DNA of 64,000 nt from Octopus bimaculoides (GCF_001194135.2 NC_069000.1:4980236-5044235), one strand, 5' to 3'; counted from the first letter of the stretch, positions 37,545 through 50,728 are shown. The notes: generated from the sequence alone by a model not told the origin. Numbers and translations are program-made.

Positions 37545-38346
37545 TGTGTATTTCTTCTATCTTAAAGAATACAAATTCTTCTGATAGAATAAATGGGTTA
37601 ATAGAAACCAATGTAGCAAAGAACACAAAATAACTGTGGTTTAGTTCCTGCTTTTAAGACAGGAACTCGTTGAAATCTTGGGTATTTGAGTATATTTAAG
37701 AATTTAAGTAATGGAGAAAACGCATGTTATAATTGCATACTTTATTCCTACATATGTTTCAAAGGATTACAACCTGTGTTATCCATAGGGATCTTTGATA
37801 TTAAAATTGTAACCTTCTCATCAGGGAAAGCCAATCTTTTGCACTTGCTCCTGTGGGGCTCTGTTGTGCCTTGATTCTAAAGTAACATTGGGGACGGATC
37901 GGTCTTCTATTCTCTACATAAAATGAACGGCTTATATTCTCTCGCCACTAAAGGATATAGCAAAATATATAGATATATCTAACACTTGACTAAGTAAAAT
38001 GTTAGCAATCGCAAAGAACAAACCATTGTGAAGTAGCCTTAAGTATGAAGTAACCTAGGCCATTTAACAAACAGCATTAGCTGGTAAATAATAATTAGGA
38101 ACAAAATAAAAAATCTTGGTAATGGGGTAGAATACGTGCATTGTTCAATGTACTGGCTAACAATAAGCGTAGAAATTTATAGCCGTAACGAGAATCTATT
38201 TACTATAAAAAAGAACACTCCCAACTGATGTCCGGCTCTCTCGTTTTTGAATATTATGCAAAAGAAAGCTTTCACTGGGAGATGAAGAAAGGCTAAGTAA
38301 ACTATCAAAACAGCCTAATGCTCAATTCATATGCCGCTGTCAGTAG

Positions 38347-38506
38347 AAGATTCCCGAACCGAACATAAAGGATGATAAATGGCTTGGCATAGGTTTTTCA
38401 GCATCGTGCAATGAGATGCTTGTTACACATTATTGGTTGGCCAATCTCGCCAACGGAGAGAAAGATAATGATATTCAAAATGGCGCACTTCTTAACTCCA
38501 CGAACT
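38347..38506 (+). CDS. Candidate exon (160 nt) with DOMON-like WLGIGFS motif
   Basis: TCAGTAG| weak acceptor, T|GTAAGT strong donor; KIPEPNIKDDKWLGIGFSASCNEMLVTHYWLANLANGEKDNDIQNGALLNSTN. Confidence 0.3.
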
Positions 38507-38739
38507 GTAAGTGGAGGAGGGATGGAAATATCCGAGTTAGTACGTCAAATTGCATGTATATATGTATCTATGCATGCATGTAAGTATGTATGTATGTATG
38601 TGTGTATACATATATATGTGTGTATATATAAGACTCTCATACTATTTATATCCCTCTCTCCGTTTTCTTTCTATCTACCTAGATGAAAGACCATAGAATC
38701 ATGCAGTTCCTACAATAGTATTATGTGTGTGTATATGTA

Positions 38740-38778
<39 letters not shown>

Positions 38779-39646
38779 NNNNNNNNNNNNNNNNNNNNNN
38801 NNNNNNNNNNNNNNNNNNNNNNNNNNNNNNNNNNNNNNNNNNNNNNNNNNNNNNNNNNNNNNNNNNNNNNNNNNNNNNNNNNNNNNNNNNNNNNNNNNNN
38901 NNNNNNNNNNNNNNNNNNNNNNNNNNNNNNNNNNNNNNNNNNNNNNNNNNNNNNNNNNNNNNNNNNNNNNNNNNNNNNNNNNNNNNNNNNNNNNNNNNNN
39001 NNNNNNNNNNNNNNNNNNNNNNNNNNNNNNNNNNNNNNNNNNNNNNNNNNNNNNNNNNNNNNNNNNNNNNNNNNNNNNNNNNNNNNNNNNNNNNNNNNNN
39101 NNNNNNNNNNNNNNNNNNNNNNNNNNNNNNNNNNNNNNNNNNNNNNNNNNNNNNNNNNNNNNNNNNNNNNNNNNNNNNNNNNNNNNNNNNNNNNNNNNNN
39201 NNNNNNTATATATATTTGTATATATACTTACATGCGTATATATATTCACTATGTGATGGTCTATTGGCTGGGTTGTATGAAACGAAGTGAAGCAAAATCT
39301 TCTTAGAATCGGGGGAATATTCCCCTAATAAAACATGTACTTATATATATAAAGACACACACAGGAGCACGAATACACACGTAATATAAATTCAACGTGC
39401 AACACATCAACACCCAGAAACGTCATCAATAAATGTTCAGTTTCTGTTTCTGTTATTTTTTTTTTTTTAGGAAAGCATTAACAGAAACAAATACAAGTAT
39501 CTAATAGAATGCATATGGAAATTGCATTCTTGTTCGGGAAACCTAACATTTGCAATGCAGTTAAATTTGGTATGCTGCACTTTTTTCTTTTACGCTTCTC
39601 AGTTAATTCCGCACTAAGATGTATTTTATTCAACCAACACATTCTG

Positions 39647-39699
<53 letters not shown>

Positions 39700-40195
39700 A
39701 AGAAATTAAATAACGGCATTCATTCTCTTTCTTTCTATATATATATCACCCCTAACACTCTATACATATATTTATAGATATGTATATATGTGTGTGTGTA
39801 TCTGTATGTGTTTGCGTTCGTGTATGTGTGTGAGTAAATGTATCTATGTATATGTTAAAGAGGTCCGATGGTAACAACTCGACAGTTTCCAATACCAGAC
39901 ATGCCATAAATTCCACTTTCATTTTCTACAGCTTTCGACAAAATTGACGCAAATGCAAATTTATTCTGACAAACGAATAAAAAAAGAGGAAGACACGTTG
40001 GTATATACGTAAATACATACAAACATACATACATATAGGTACACACATACTCTCACGCACGCACACACATAAATATATATATTTATGCTTACATTTGTAC
40101 ATATTTATATATATATTTATCTCCATTATATTTACAATATAAATTATGTACTATTATCTAGCTATCTATTTATCTATATGTATGTATGTATGTTG

Positions 40196-40241
<46 letters not shown>

Positions 40242-40255
40242 ATGTACAATTATGT

Positions 40256-40257
<2 letters not shown>

Positions 40258-40301
<44 letters not shown>

Positions 40302-40412
40302 AGAGAGAGAGTGGGAGAGAGAGAGTGGGAGAGAGAGAGAGTGGGAGAGAGAGAGTAGGAGAGAGAGAGTGGGAGAGAGAGAGATAGAGAAATGAAGAGA
40401 GAGACAGACAGA
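40258..40412 (+). repeat. (GA)n with GAGAGAGTGG higher-order units
   Basis: Direct reading. Confidence 0.95.
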
Positions 40413-40774
40413 GAGGTTAAATGGAAGGAAGAAAGATGAAGAAAGGAAAAACAGGAGTGTATATTAGTGGCTACAAAGTTATATATACATGAATGTATCA
40501 ACCGTATAAAATACGTTATACTAATAAAAAAAAGTGCCCAAGGGAAATAAATCGAACGGGTCAATTCTTTGTATGCATATAATTGAGATAGGTGCGGATG
40601 TACTTAATAACGTTATATTATATGTATAAAATAGTGACACTGTTGCCAACAGCATTCGGATTTCGCCCTCTGTTACAATTTCTGTCGTTTTCTCTCGTTT
40701 ACACTTCCTCTCTTTCCTTAACAGTCTTACCATTTGGCTTAGCTTACACTTAAAGCTGTTTCTGTCAAAACATA

Positions 40775-40990
40775 CGCGCGTGTGCTAAAAAGTTTGTGGC
40801 TTTGAGTAAAAGAAAATACAGGAGGATCAGTTAATTATGATTTTCTTTGACCCCTTCGATTCTCAGATCCACACATTTACTGTAGCGGTCCTGCAGTCTC
40901 TCTAAGCTCTGTAAAAGAACACCACCGAATGTTGGGCTTCTAACTAGCGCTTTCGTGATCTCCTTAATGCCAGGAAATTTTCGGCAACCT
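40775..40990 (-). mobile_element. Mariner transposase 3' remnant with terminal inverted repeat
   Basis: Minus frame KFPGIKEITKALVRSPTFGGVLLQSLERLQDRYSKCVDLRIE resembles the mariner C-terminus (..L..RW.KC....G.Y). It is followed by AAGCCACAAACTTTTTAGCACACGCGCG-TA, similar to the TIR of the 27550 MITE. Confidence 0.65.
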
Positions 40991-41000
40991 CTTAATATTC

Positions 41001-41032
<32 letters not shown>

Positions 41033-41109
41033 GATTAGGATATTGTGTCACACCATTTCAGCTATGATATTACGACCACGTCGTCATTTAGGCATATGAA
41101 TAAAAGAAA

Positions 41110-41220
41110 AATGTTAATATCTCCCCGTGTCACAGCTTTGCGATGTTCCTCTACCCTTATTTTGAGGGGTCGACATGTTTCACCTTTGTATAACCTACCA
41201 CAGTTGCATTGGATGCAGTA
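41110..41220 (-). mobile_element. Penelope-like element GIY-YIG endonuclease fragment
   Basis: YCIQCNCGRLYKGETCRPLKIRVEEHRKAVTRGDIN matches the PLE motif Y.I.C.CG..Y.GET.R.L..R..EH. Bounded by (TA)n tracts. Confidence 0.88.
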
Positions 41221-41957
41221 CGTATATATATAAGCTTTGCATAATAAGCATAAGCAAAAACAAAATGATTTATAATCCATGAAAAATTCTCTCGCCTTAA
41301 AGGGAAATTTCACCCCATCTCCCATGTATTTCTTACCAAACTCACCTTCACTCCGTCCATCACTCCGAAAGCAACCGTGGGTAGCAACACCAAACGTCGC
41401 CGGTCAAAAATCGCAGGTATATACACATGCATATCAATATTTGCGTATATGTGTGTGTGTGTTTGTAGACAAATAGATGAATAGATAGATAGAAAGATAG
41501 ATAGATAGATATATACATACATACATATGTATACATACATGCATACATATACATACAAACATAGATACATACATTCATACATACATACTTACATATATAC
41601 ATGCATGCGTATATATAATAGACAGTAGAACATTCCTGATTTAAGGTGGCACAATAGATGCCATGTTGATTTATGCCTTTACCGTGTATTTCTAAACGCA
41701 TTTCAACCTAAAAACATTTTGGCAATGAGAACAATGTTAACAGATAGATGAGAAGTACATATATCTATATATAATAATAAAACATTATTTTCGCTTGGTT
41801 TCAATGGTTAAGATAAATCTTCTACGGTGCAATGTTGGCAGGTTCAGCAAACAGTCTGACAGACTAAAGTCATGCCAATTGCAAACCGAACAATATTAGG
41901 ACACACTCAAATACACAGATAGGTTTATTTATATATGTATATATATATACATATTCT

Positions 41958-42115
41958 TTCATTCTTTTCTTTGTTTCAGTCATTTGGCTGCGTTCATGCT
42001 GGAGCTCCACCTGGAAGTATTTTAGTCGAAGAAATCGACCCCAGGACTTAATTTTTTTTTTAAGCCTAGTACTTATTATACCCGTCGTTGTTGCCGACCG
42101 CTACAGTTCGCCGGA
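41958..42115 (-). mobile_element. SINE family A, 3' fragment
   Basis: TTGTTTCAGTCATTTGGCTGCG..CATGCTGGAGC...TCGACCCCAGGACTT...AAGCCTAGTACTTATT. Confidence 0.85.
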
Positions 42116-42199
42116 CAGGATATTTATAGGTGACATCTGCTGCTATGTCTGGAGGCTCCAGTAGGGTCTGTTTAGCGTCACCAGACCGATGCATTCACT

Positions 42200-42422
42200 G
42201 TGTATGTGTGTGTGTGTGTGTGTGTTTGTCTGTGTTTGTCCCCCACCAACGCTTGACAACAGATGCTGGTGTGTTTTCGTCCCTGTAACTTAGCCGTTTG
42301 GCCAAAGAGACCCATAAAATAAGTACGAGGCTTACAAAAAATAAGCCCTGGGGTTGATTTTCCTCGATTAAAGGCGGTGCTCCAGCATGGCCGCAGTCAA
42401 ATGACTAAAACAAATAAAAGAA
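42200..42422 (+). mobile_element. SINE family A, 3' half
   Basis: Begins at the internal (TG)n; GCTTGACAACAGATGCTGGTGTG...GGCGGTGCTCCAGCATGGCCGCAGTCAAATGACT. Confidence 0.9.
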
Positions 42423-42782
42423 TATATACATATGTGTGTGTGTGAGTATATAACTACATGTATATATTTATATATAGGTATATGTCTAAATAGGAGTATG
42501 TGTGTGTGTGTGCAAATTTGTGGGTATGCATGTGCAAGCGGGTGTGTGTTCACATGTGTACGTACGTTGACAGTTATAAATGAAGAAACTAATATCAAAA
42601 ATCAGCAACGAGAAATGAAATTAAGAAGACACAATTTTCTTGGGATATAATATTCAAAGAACTTCGATATCGTTTTGATTTTATCGTAGAAATTCCCTTC
42701 TATATCGATTAAATTCTTGAACGCTTACTGCAGTGCACAATATATAAAAAGCTGTATTCATACATACATACATATATACAAA

Positions 42783-42857
<75 letters not shown>

Positions 42858-43525
42858 NNNNNNNNNNNNNNNNNNNNNNNNNNNNNNNNNNNNNNNNNNN
42901 NNNNNNNNNNNNNNNNNNNNNNNNNNNNNNNNNNNNNNNNNNNNNNNNNNNNNNNNNNNNNNNNNNNNNNNNNNNNNNNNNNNNNNNNNNNNNNNNNNNN
43001 NNNNNNNNNNNNNNNNNNNNNNNNNNNNNNNNNNNNNNNNNNNNNNNNNNNNNNNNNNNNNNNNNNNNNNNNNNNNNNNNNNNNNNNNNNNNNNNNNNNN
43101 NNNNNNNNNNNNNNNNNNNNNNNNNNNNNNNNNNNNNNNNNNNNNNNNNNNNNNNNNNNNNNNNNATATATATATATATATATATATACCTACTTACGAT
43201 ATAATTTTAAATATATTCCAATGGATACATACCCACGTACACGCACACGCACGCACACATATACGTTAACACATACGTATAGATATTAGATCTGCTAACT
43301 CCTAAATATAAATGGATGTATGCATATATATATATACATAATTACATACATACATACAAATATCTCTATCTATTTATCTATCTCTCTATCGATCGAGATA
43401 CGTGTGTGCGTGTGCGCGTAATGTATGGATGTGTGTGGATAGGTAAACATACAAATCACTGTGATGTATATACATTTCAATATATACGAATGAAAGTTCA
43501 TGTATATACATACATGCATACCCCC

Positions 43526-43583
<58 letters not shown>

Positions 43584-44020
43584 GTGTGTGTGCGTGCGTG
43601 CGTATGTGTATACATATATGTATACACATGCACACATCGTCATGGCTTTCTGTGACGCTCCTGTAATATTCTCGATGTATCAATAAAATAAACAGGTGAG
43701 AATAATGAGTAATTTATTTCTTAAAATGGCGTGTTACGAACGAAATTTAAGAAAAAAATTGCTGATGAAGCGATAAATCTTTATCTGTTCGGAGTATAGG
43801 AATGACATATTACAACACACATATATCGACATAATATATTCATGTGACATACAAATATGCACACATATACGCATACAGAACACATACACACACAAACACA
43901 CAAGCACACACACACACACAGACACACAGACACACACACACTCGCACAAATAGATCTATATATAGGTGCATACATACATACATATATACATACATACACA
44001 CACGCACACACACACACACA

Positions 44021-44088
<68 letters not shown>

Positions 44089-44421
44089 TACAGTCAGTTC
44101 TAAATCGCGAATTACCACCTAAATCATTATACACGCACACACTCACACACACACATATATATATGTGTATATATANNNNNNNNNNNNNNNNNNTATATAT
44201 ATATATATATATATGCATATATGTTTATTTAAATCAATTTGAAATATTCATTGATGTGAAAGATAGGACGTGATTCACGTGGAGAAAGCCTGAACTGCCC
44301 TCACACCGCAGCAAAACCGGAAGCTAGTATCAGTACAGTTTCAGAGAAATAAAAATAAAACATGAATGGTATGGAAGGAAGGTCTTACACAACCGCTTGA
44401 TAATAGCTGACCTATGTAGCC

Positions 44422-44614
44422 TTAACTATAGAATAATTCCGCTATAGTAGCAATGGTAGCCGTTGCAATGAATACGCTATAGAATAAGTCGCTAGATGTG
44501 TCTTTAAAAATAGATTGTCTCAGCAGATATTGTCTTGCTGCAGACTGTTCGCTGGATAAACAAGGAGATCCTATATAGATATCAGAGGATATCACACTCC
44601 AAAAGATAGCACGG
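44422..44614 (-). CDS. Candidate terminal exon (63 codons), unknown product
   Basis: Strong acceptor TTGTTTGTTTTCTTTTAG|; a single open frame RAIFWSVISSDIYIGSPCLSSEQSAARQYLLRQSIFKDTSSDLFYSVFIATATIATIAELFYS*. Confidence 0.25.
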
Positions 44615-45304
44615 CTAAAAGAAAACAAACAAGATATTCATGAGGTGATGTCTCTCATTGTATCTACTCGATCATAGAAAACTTTGAGCTGCAAAACAAC
44701 ACTGCCGACTAAAATTATAATAAAACCACTTACATAAAAACTGATTATGTTGGTGACGGTACAGGTGTGACATATTATATTTTCTAATTTCTGGAAAACC
44801 ATAAACAAGTGAGTATGTTTTTATGGTTCTCTTTCAAATCCGAAGATGATTAATATAATTTTCAATTGTCAGTCTTTTTCCTGGTTCTACACCTTAATAC
44901 TTGATGTGCAGCAGCTAATTGACAATCGCTCTATGAAGACCTCTTCTGCTTTTACACAAATACACTGCCATCACAAGGTCATACCTGGTTTACATGTAGG
45001 ATCACCTTTGTTTATATTGATAGATGTGTTAATATTTTGTAGCGATGTACTCTATGTAACAACCAGTCACACAAGGAGAGAGAAATCGCTATTTATCTAT
45101 CAATAACATTGCAATCTGCACTGTATTCATACAATTATCATGCAGTTTACATGTAGGAATATTTTCTTCATTCATATTGGTAGCTGTGTTGGTTTTTCCT
45201 TAACATGTATCCTTTACTTTTATTAAACGTCCAAGAGGAAATAACACATTTAAAATCCCTTAAATTTTTTCCGCCCACTGGTCATGTGCACTTTCACACG
45301 CTGT

Positions 45305-45337
45305 TTACATGACGGAAAGTGAAAAAGGCTCGTCGCG

Positions 45338-45416
<79 letters not shown>

Positions 45417-45535
45417 GTGTGTGTTCGGTCCAGGGCTATAATAAACGACAATGGCTCAAAGTGCCATGCAGTGGAGCTGAGCCCGAAACCAGGTCGTTAG
45501 GAAGCAAGCTTCTTATTACATAACTACCCTGTGTA
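45305..45535. mobile_element. Two SINE A fragments in opposite orientation joined at a (TA)n(TG)n tract
   Basis: Plus GACGGAAAGTGAAAAAGGCTCGTCG (45310-45334), then the microsatellite, then a minus-strand head (rc AAGAAGCTTGCTTCCTAAC...CCACTGCATGGCAC). Confidence 0.7.
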
Positions 45536-45561
45536 TATATTTATATACATGCATACATACA

Positions 45562-45609
<48 letters not shown>

Positions 45610-45626
<17 letters not shown>

Positions 45627-45712
45627 AGTACTTATATATATATNNNNNNNNNNATATATATATATATTATATAAGTACTTATATATATATGTATATATAT
45701 ATTGTATAAGTA

Positions 45713-45757
<45 letters not shown>

Positions 45758-45775
45758 AGTACTTATATATATATA
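45610..45775. repeat. Four copies of palindrome TATAAGTACTTATA embedded in (TA)n
   Basis: Direct reading at ~45622, 45670, 45705 and 45754. Confidence 0.9.
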
Positions 45776-46769
45776 CATATATATATATGTACAGTATATA
45801 TGTGTGAATGTATAAACGTCTCTCTCCCTGTCTCTCTTTTTCTCTCTGTACATACATACACACAGGCACACACAAACACACACACACACACTAACATGCA
45901 CATGGCTGTATATAAACGAAAGACGAGGATGGAGGTGTTTAATAACGAACTTATAATCTCAAATATTCGTATATCAATAACAACATGAAAGACAATGAAA
46001 TAACTAGATATGATAATTTGCCTGACTCATTAAGTAAATATATGCAGGATAATAATTATATTCAAGTATACGTCAATATACACATAAGGAAATCGATAAC
46101 GTTAAAGTAATAAATAAAATATTATACGATATTTCACTCGTAAAACAATATGATAATGAATAAAATACTAAAGAGATATGGGAGCTGGAAGCTATGAAAC
46201 GAAACTATATGATATGTAGTGTGTTTTAACCATCATGGCGGATATAAAAGCGTATTTCGGCGCAAAATGTGAGTCGATATGACGTTTCACCTTTTTTAAT
46301 GGAGGTACTAACAGTATGCGCACATAAAGGCACACAGGCACATACTCATATTTCTGTATAATAACTGAGCTATAAATTTTGGTTAGGTGTTTGATTGGTT
46401 GACATCTTCAGTCATGCTTTACATCGTATATAGAAGGAAGACAGAGAAAGCGAGAGAGTATAGAGAGATAAGCAGATAACGTGTACGCAGTAGAGAGTTA
46501 GCAAAAAAGCATTACTCAGAAACACAGAGAGAGGCTGGGAGAAATGCAATAACAGAATAGGAGGGGTAGGAGTAGCTCGGCGAGTAGGGATTAGTAATAG
46601 AGTAGTAATGGGAGAAGTGATACAAAAGTGAAATTTGCTTTATTTAATTTTATTTCTAATTAAGTAATTTTGCTTTGAAAATTATCATTTCTTTAACTTT
46701 TTCATATAAACGCTAAGACGTTCGATAAAATTAAAAGTGTTTCGTATGACCACGTGCCAAACAACACCT

Positions 46770-46832
46770 GGTTTTCTGGATTTCGTAGACAGAAACTGAA
46801 AGAAGCCCGTCGTATACACACGCACACACACA
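46770..46832 (+). mobile_element. SINE family A middle fragment running into a gap
   Basis: TGGATTTCGTAGACAGAAACTGAAAGAAGCCCGTCGTATACAC. Confidence 0.75.
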
Positions 46833-47879
46833 NNNNNNNNNNNNNNNNNNNNNNNNNNNNNNNNNNNNNNNNNNNNNNNNNNNNNNNNNNNNNNNNNNNN
46901 NNNNNNNNNNNNNNNNNNNNNNNNNNNNNNNNNNNNNNNNNNNNNNNNNNNNNNNNNNNNNNNNNNNNNNNNNNNNNNNNNNNNNNNNNNNNNNNNNNNN
47001 NNNNNNNNNNNNNNNNNNNNNNNNNNNNNNNNNNNNNNNNNNNNNNNNNNNNNNNNNNNNNNNNNNNNNNNNNNNNNNNNNNNNNNNNNNNNNNNNNNNN
47101 NNNNNNNNNNNNNNNNNNNNNNNNNNNNNNNNNNNNNNNNNNNNNNNNNNNNNNNNNNNNNNNNNNNNNNNNNNNNNNNNNNNNNNNNNNACTACTATAC
47201 AAACACAAATACAACTCTACATTCATCTCTGACTTTCAAACCGGTCAGCAATGACATTCACTAACACTGAAGTTCCCCTCCCGCTCTCTCTCTCTCTCTC
47301 TCTCTTTTTCTCTTCCTACTCTTTCTTTCTTCTTTTATCTCTTTCCTATCTCTCTCTCTCTCGTTCTCTGTCTCTTTGTTATTTACACTTTACTACCACA
47401 CATATCGACGATAGAACACACATCATTGTTTACGAATCAATTCGACGTAAGAAGCGCTCTGCATTAAGAAGAATTTTCCAGCTTTCTATAAATTGGAACA
47501 TTGATTGTTCACCTGTCTTGTTCTACGCTTACTGTATTTATAATGATCAAAGCCATTAGCTCGCAAAGATAAACGAGGCAGCAATCACACACTATATTCT
47601 GCTAGGCTGCATAGTAATTGGAAAACGCAATGACAAATGAAAAATGGTAAACATTATACGGAATGGACGCGTCTAACTGGCAAACGAGATCTCTTGATTA
47701 AATAATAAACAGAAGTGATCCATATTACGGCAACTTTTAGAGTGTTTGCAGAGATATAAATACAATTTCTTCGGCTAATATAATTAAACAGAGATCTATG
47801 TGTTTGTATGTAAATGTGTACCTGCAGCATATTGTTATATTCTTAGTGTCATTTCTTCGTTTATTTTGCTTTGTTCTTT

Positions 47880-48215
47880 TATTTGATTCATTCATTGCAT
47901 TGCGGCCATGCTTGAGCAATCCCTTGAGGTAAAGTTTAGTCGATAATATCGACCAGTGTTGTTGGTTTTAAATTTGAGCTGTATTCTGTCAATTTGTGTC
48001 TGCAAAACCGCTAAGTTTTCTGGACAGTAACAGACCGACACCGAAGTGGAGAGTGTGAAACGGAAACACAAAGACACACGCACGTAAACGGGCACTCTCG
48101 TACTGTATACACACAAACACACACATACATACACACACACATACACACAAACACGTATATATATAAGAGAAAGACAGCCGTCTTGGACCGATACGGTAAG
48201 CCACAAGTGACCTCA
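47880..48215 (-). mobile_element. Degenerate SINE family A
   Basis: TTGCGGCCATGCTTGAGCA...TAGTCGA..ATCGACC...AACCGCTAAGTT. Confidence 0.7.
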
Positions 48216-48819
48216 CAGATATTGCTATCAAAATGTAAAAAGCCGGAACAGATAACAAAATGCATCATGCTCAACACACCACTCATCATTGTTACTGTAC
48301 TTTTGTACCTTGTAAGGATGAATGTAAAATCGACCTCGGCGGGATTTGAACATAGACTAGACTACAAACAACCCAAAAAATGTACCATGAGGCATTCTCT
48401 CCAATACTGTAGCGACGTTGACAATTCAATTACTTGAAAAGTGGTGATATAACTTCTAAAACATTAATTTCAATACCACATCAGCATTATACGCTCTTTT
48501 ATTGCTTCTTTGTGTTTATGCCAATAAAACTGAAGACATTAAAACGTCACATGTTTTCGCTCATGAGTTGATGAAAATATCATCTGTCCGGTAACCAGCA
48601 ACTTTCAAACACGCACGCAAGTACACACATACACATACACACGCATAAAAACACATATACACACACATTTTAAACGTGAGATACATTCCATAACAGATGT
48701 TTGTAAACCCGTCACATATCAACGTACTGTCGACTATTTCGACTATTCGAAATATGTTTCGATATGGTTTATGAATATTTTTTTCATTTCTGGATTTCAA
48801 GTGATGGAAATTTAATATC

Positions 48820-48858
<39 letters not shown>

Positions 48859-50728
48859 TTTATGTGTGTACTTGTGTATGTGTGAATGGGTGCGAACGAC
48901 CTCTAGACATTTTAACGCTACGCATTTGGGTCGGGTTTCCTCAATGTTCTTGTCTATACTAGAATGATACCTATCATATGAAGAGAAAGTTCTTGTTCAC
49001 ATTTGAGCTATTTGAAATCGATAGAAGAATATTGTTCAGTGTCCCTCGCAGAGGGATCCAACTGTGAATCATGCGTCCGTGAAGAGAACTCCTTCACCAT
49101 GAAACCATACCTGTACTCCATTCATAATCACACTGATCATTTAAAGCTAACTAGGAATACATTATCAAATACGTCAATATACACTTATCCGTTTTAAAGC
49201 AACAAAAAATCTCTCCAATAAAGGTTTATATAGCTGCTATTTCTTGTAGCGTGAGCGATTATTCAAATGCTTTTTCATTGGCTGATGTTAGTCGAATGTC
49301 TCAGTTGTTGATACAATACGACAAAAATAACAAGGTTGGTACACAAACTCGCAACCTTCGGCTGATAATTTAGTGCTTTATCAACTGTGATATCTATAAA
49401 GCTTTACATACCCGTTCACATCGATAATATTCACGCAGTCACACGGAATTTGGTGGAATTAACTCACTTCTTTAGATCTATAAATATGTCACTTTTTTCG
49501 CTTTATTTTTAGTTTAATTACTCTCACATTCTATGTATTATACCGAACTATAAAACATTACTGTTAATAATTACTTCATTATTATTAATTAATCGTATTA
49601 TTTTTCTAACTTTTTATTTTTCTATCATTCAGAAGTCTGCTTCTGTTCGATTTAAAATTTAACAGTTCAGTGGCCGTAACCTTACTTAATGTCTTATCGT
49701 ATTCAATAAATTAATATAAATTTCTACTATTTTTATATATGTGTGTTTTTTTGTGTTAAACAAACAAACTTAATTATTTTAGAGTTGTCCACAATAATTA
49801 TCCTACTTCCTATAATTACGTGATATTTTCTTTTTTTATATTTTGAAATATTTTTAATATTTCATGATTCAGAGGAAGATATTAAAATATTTTACTTTTC
49901 GCACATGCGCGTAGTGTCTTTAATTTTAAAATGATATAAATGTGTCTCGCAGCATGATTTAGTCATAGCATCGTATATAATTATGTAGGTGCAGCATCAG
50001 TGAATTGTTAACAAGTTGGCATCGAAACAGCGAGTTCCTACGTTCGCGCCTAGTTCAGGAACTATGCATATCATTTTCTATTGCATCGGATCCATCTATT
50101 GGATATAAATTTGGTAGGCCGATGCTCTTGGGAGTAGCCTGTACCTATAAGTCAAAATATTCTACTTTGGCGTCCATACTGTCTCACGCTCATTTGGTCT
50201 GAGAATGGACACTTTCCTACAGAATTCAGCGACAAATAATTTCTACACTAATTCAGGGGCAGATAATTTAGTTGATTCTCATCTTGAACGAAGGAAATCC
50301 GCTGTCATGTAGGGTTAGATAGAGTTGTGAACGTAGTGTAATAGGTCGCTTCACTCTCACATGTTCCAGGTTCAATTCAACATAAGTTAAATTTGAGTAA
50401 TTGTTTTCCAGTGAATCTTGGGGTTGCTAATGTACACGATAAATAGAATATGTCAACGGAAATAGTACAGAAAATCATAAAATAGAAGTAGCAATGAGTT
50501 TTCGAAAGGTCTTGCATGTAATTACTACACTTTGTAGAAATGATATCAATCGCAGCCTAAATTCTTGAACATGAAGGAAACCCCTACTCATCTGTACTGT
50601 ATGAAGCTGGAAATTTGGATGGAATCTGTTGGAGTTGGTTCGAAGTTATCTGAGGTTAAGATCGTCGAATCAAAATTGACTGAAGACTAATAAATGAAAT
50701 AGGAACGCATCTCGACCGGACGAAATTT

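Noticed and set aside
40830-40905. Host exon after TTTTACAG on the minus strand
   Set aside because: Better explained as a mariner transposase C-terminus followed by its TIR.
41060-41095. Degenerate hammerhead downstream of the GIY-YIG fragment (minus CTAAATGA-CGAC-GTG-GTCG-TAA)
   Set aside because: Both core segments are mutated and helix I is absent, so it cannot be supported despite its suggestive position.
45610-45775. CRISPR-like array of palindromic repeats
   Set aside because: The spacers are (TA)n rather than unique sequence, the context is eukaryotic, and there are no cas genes.
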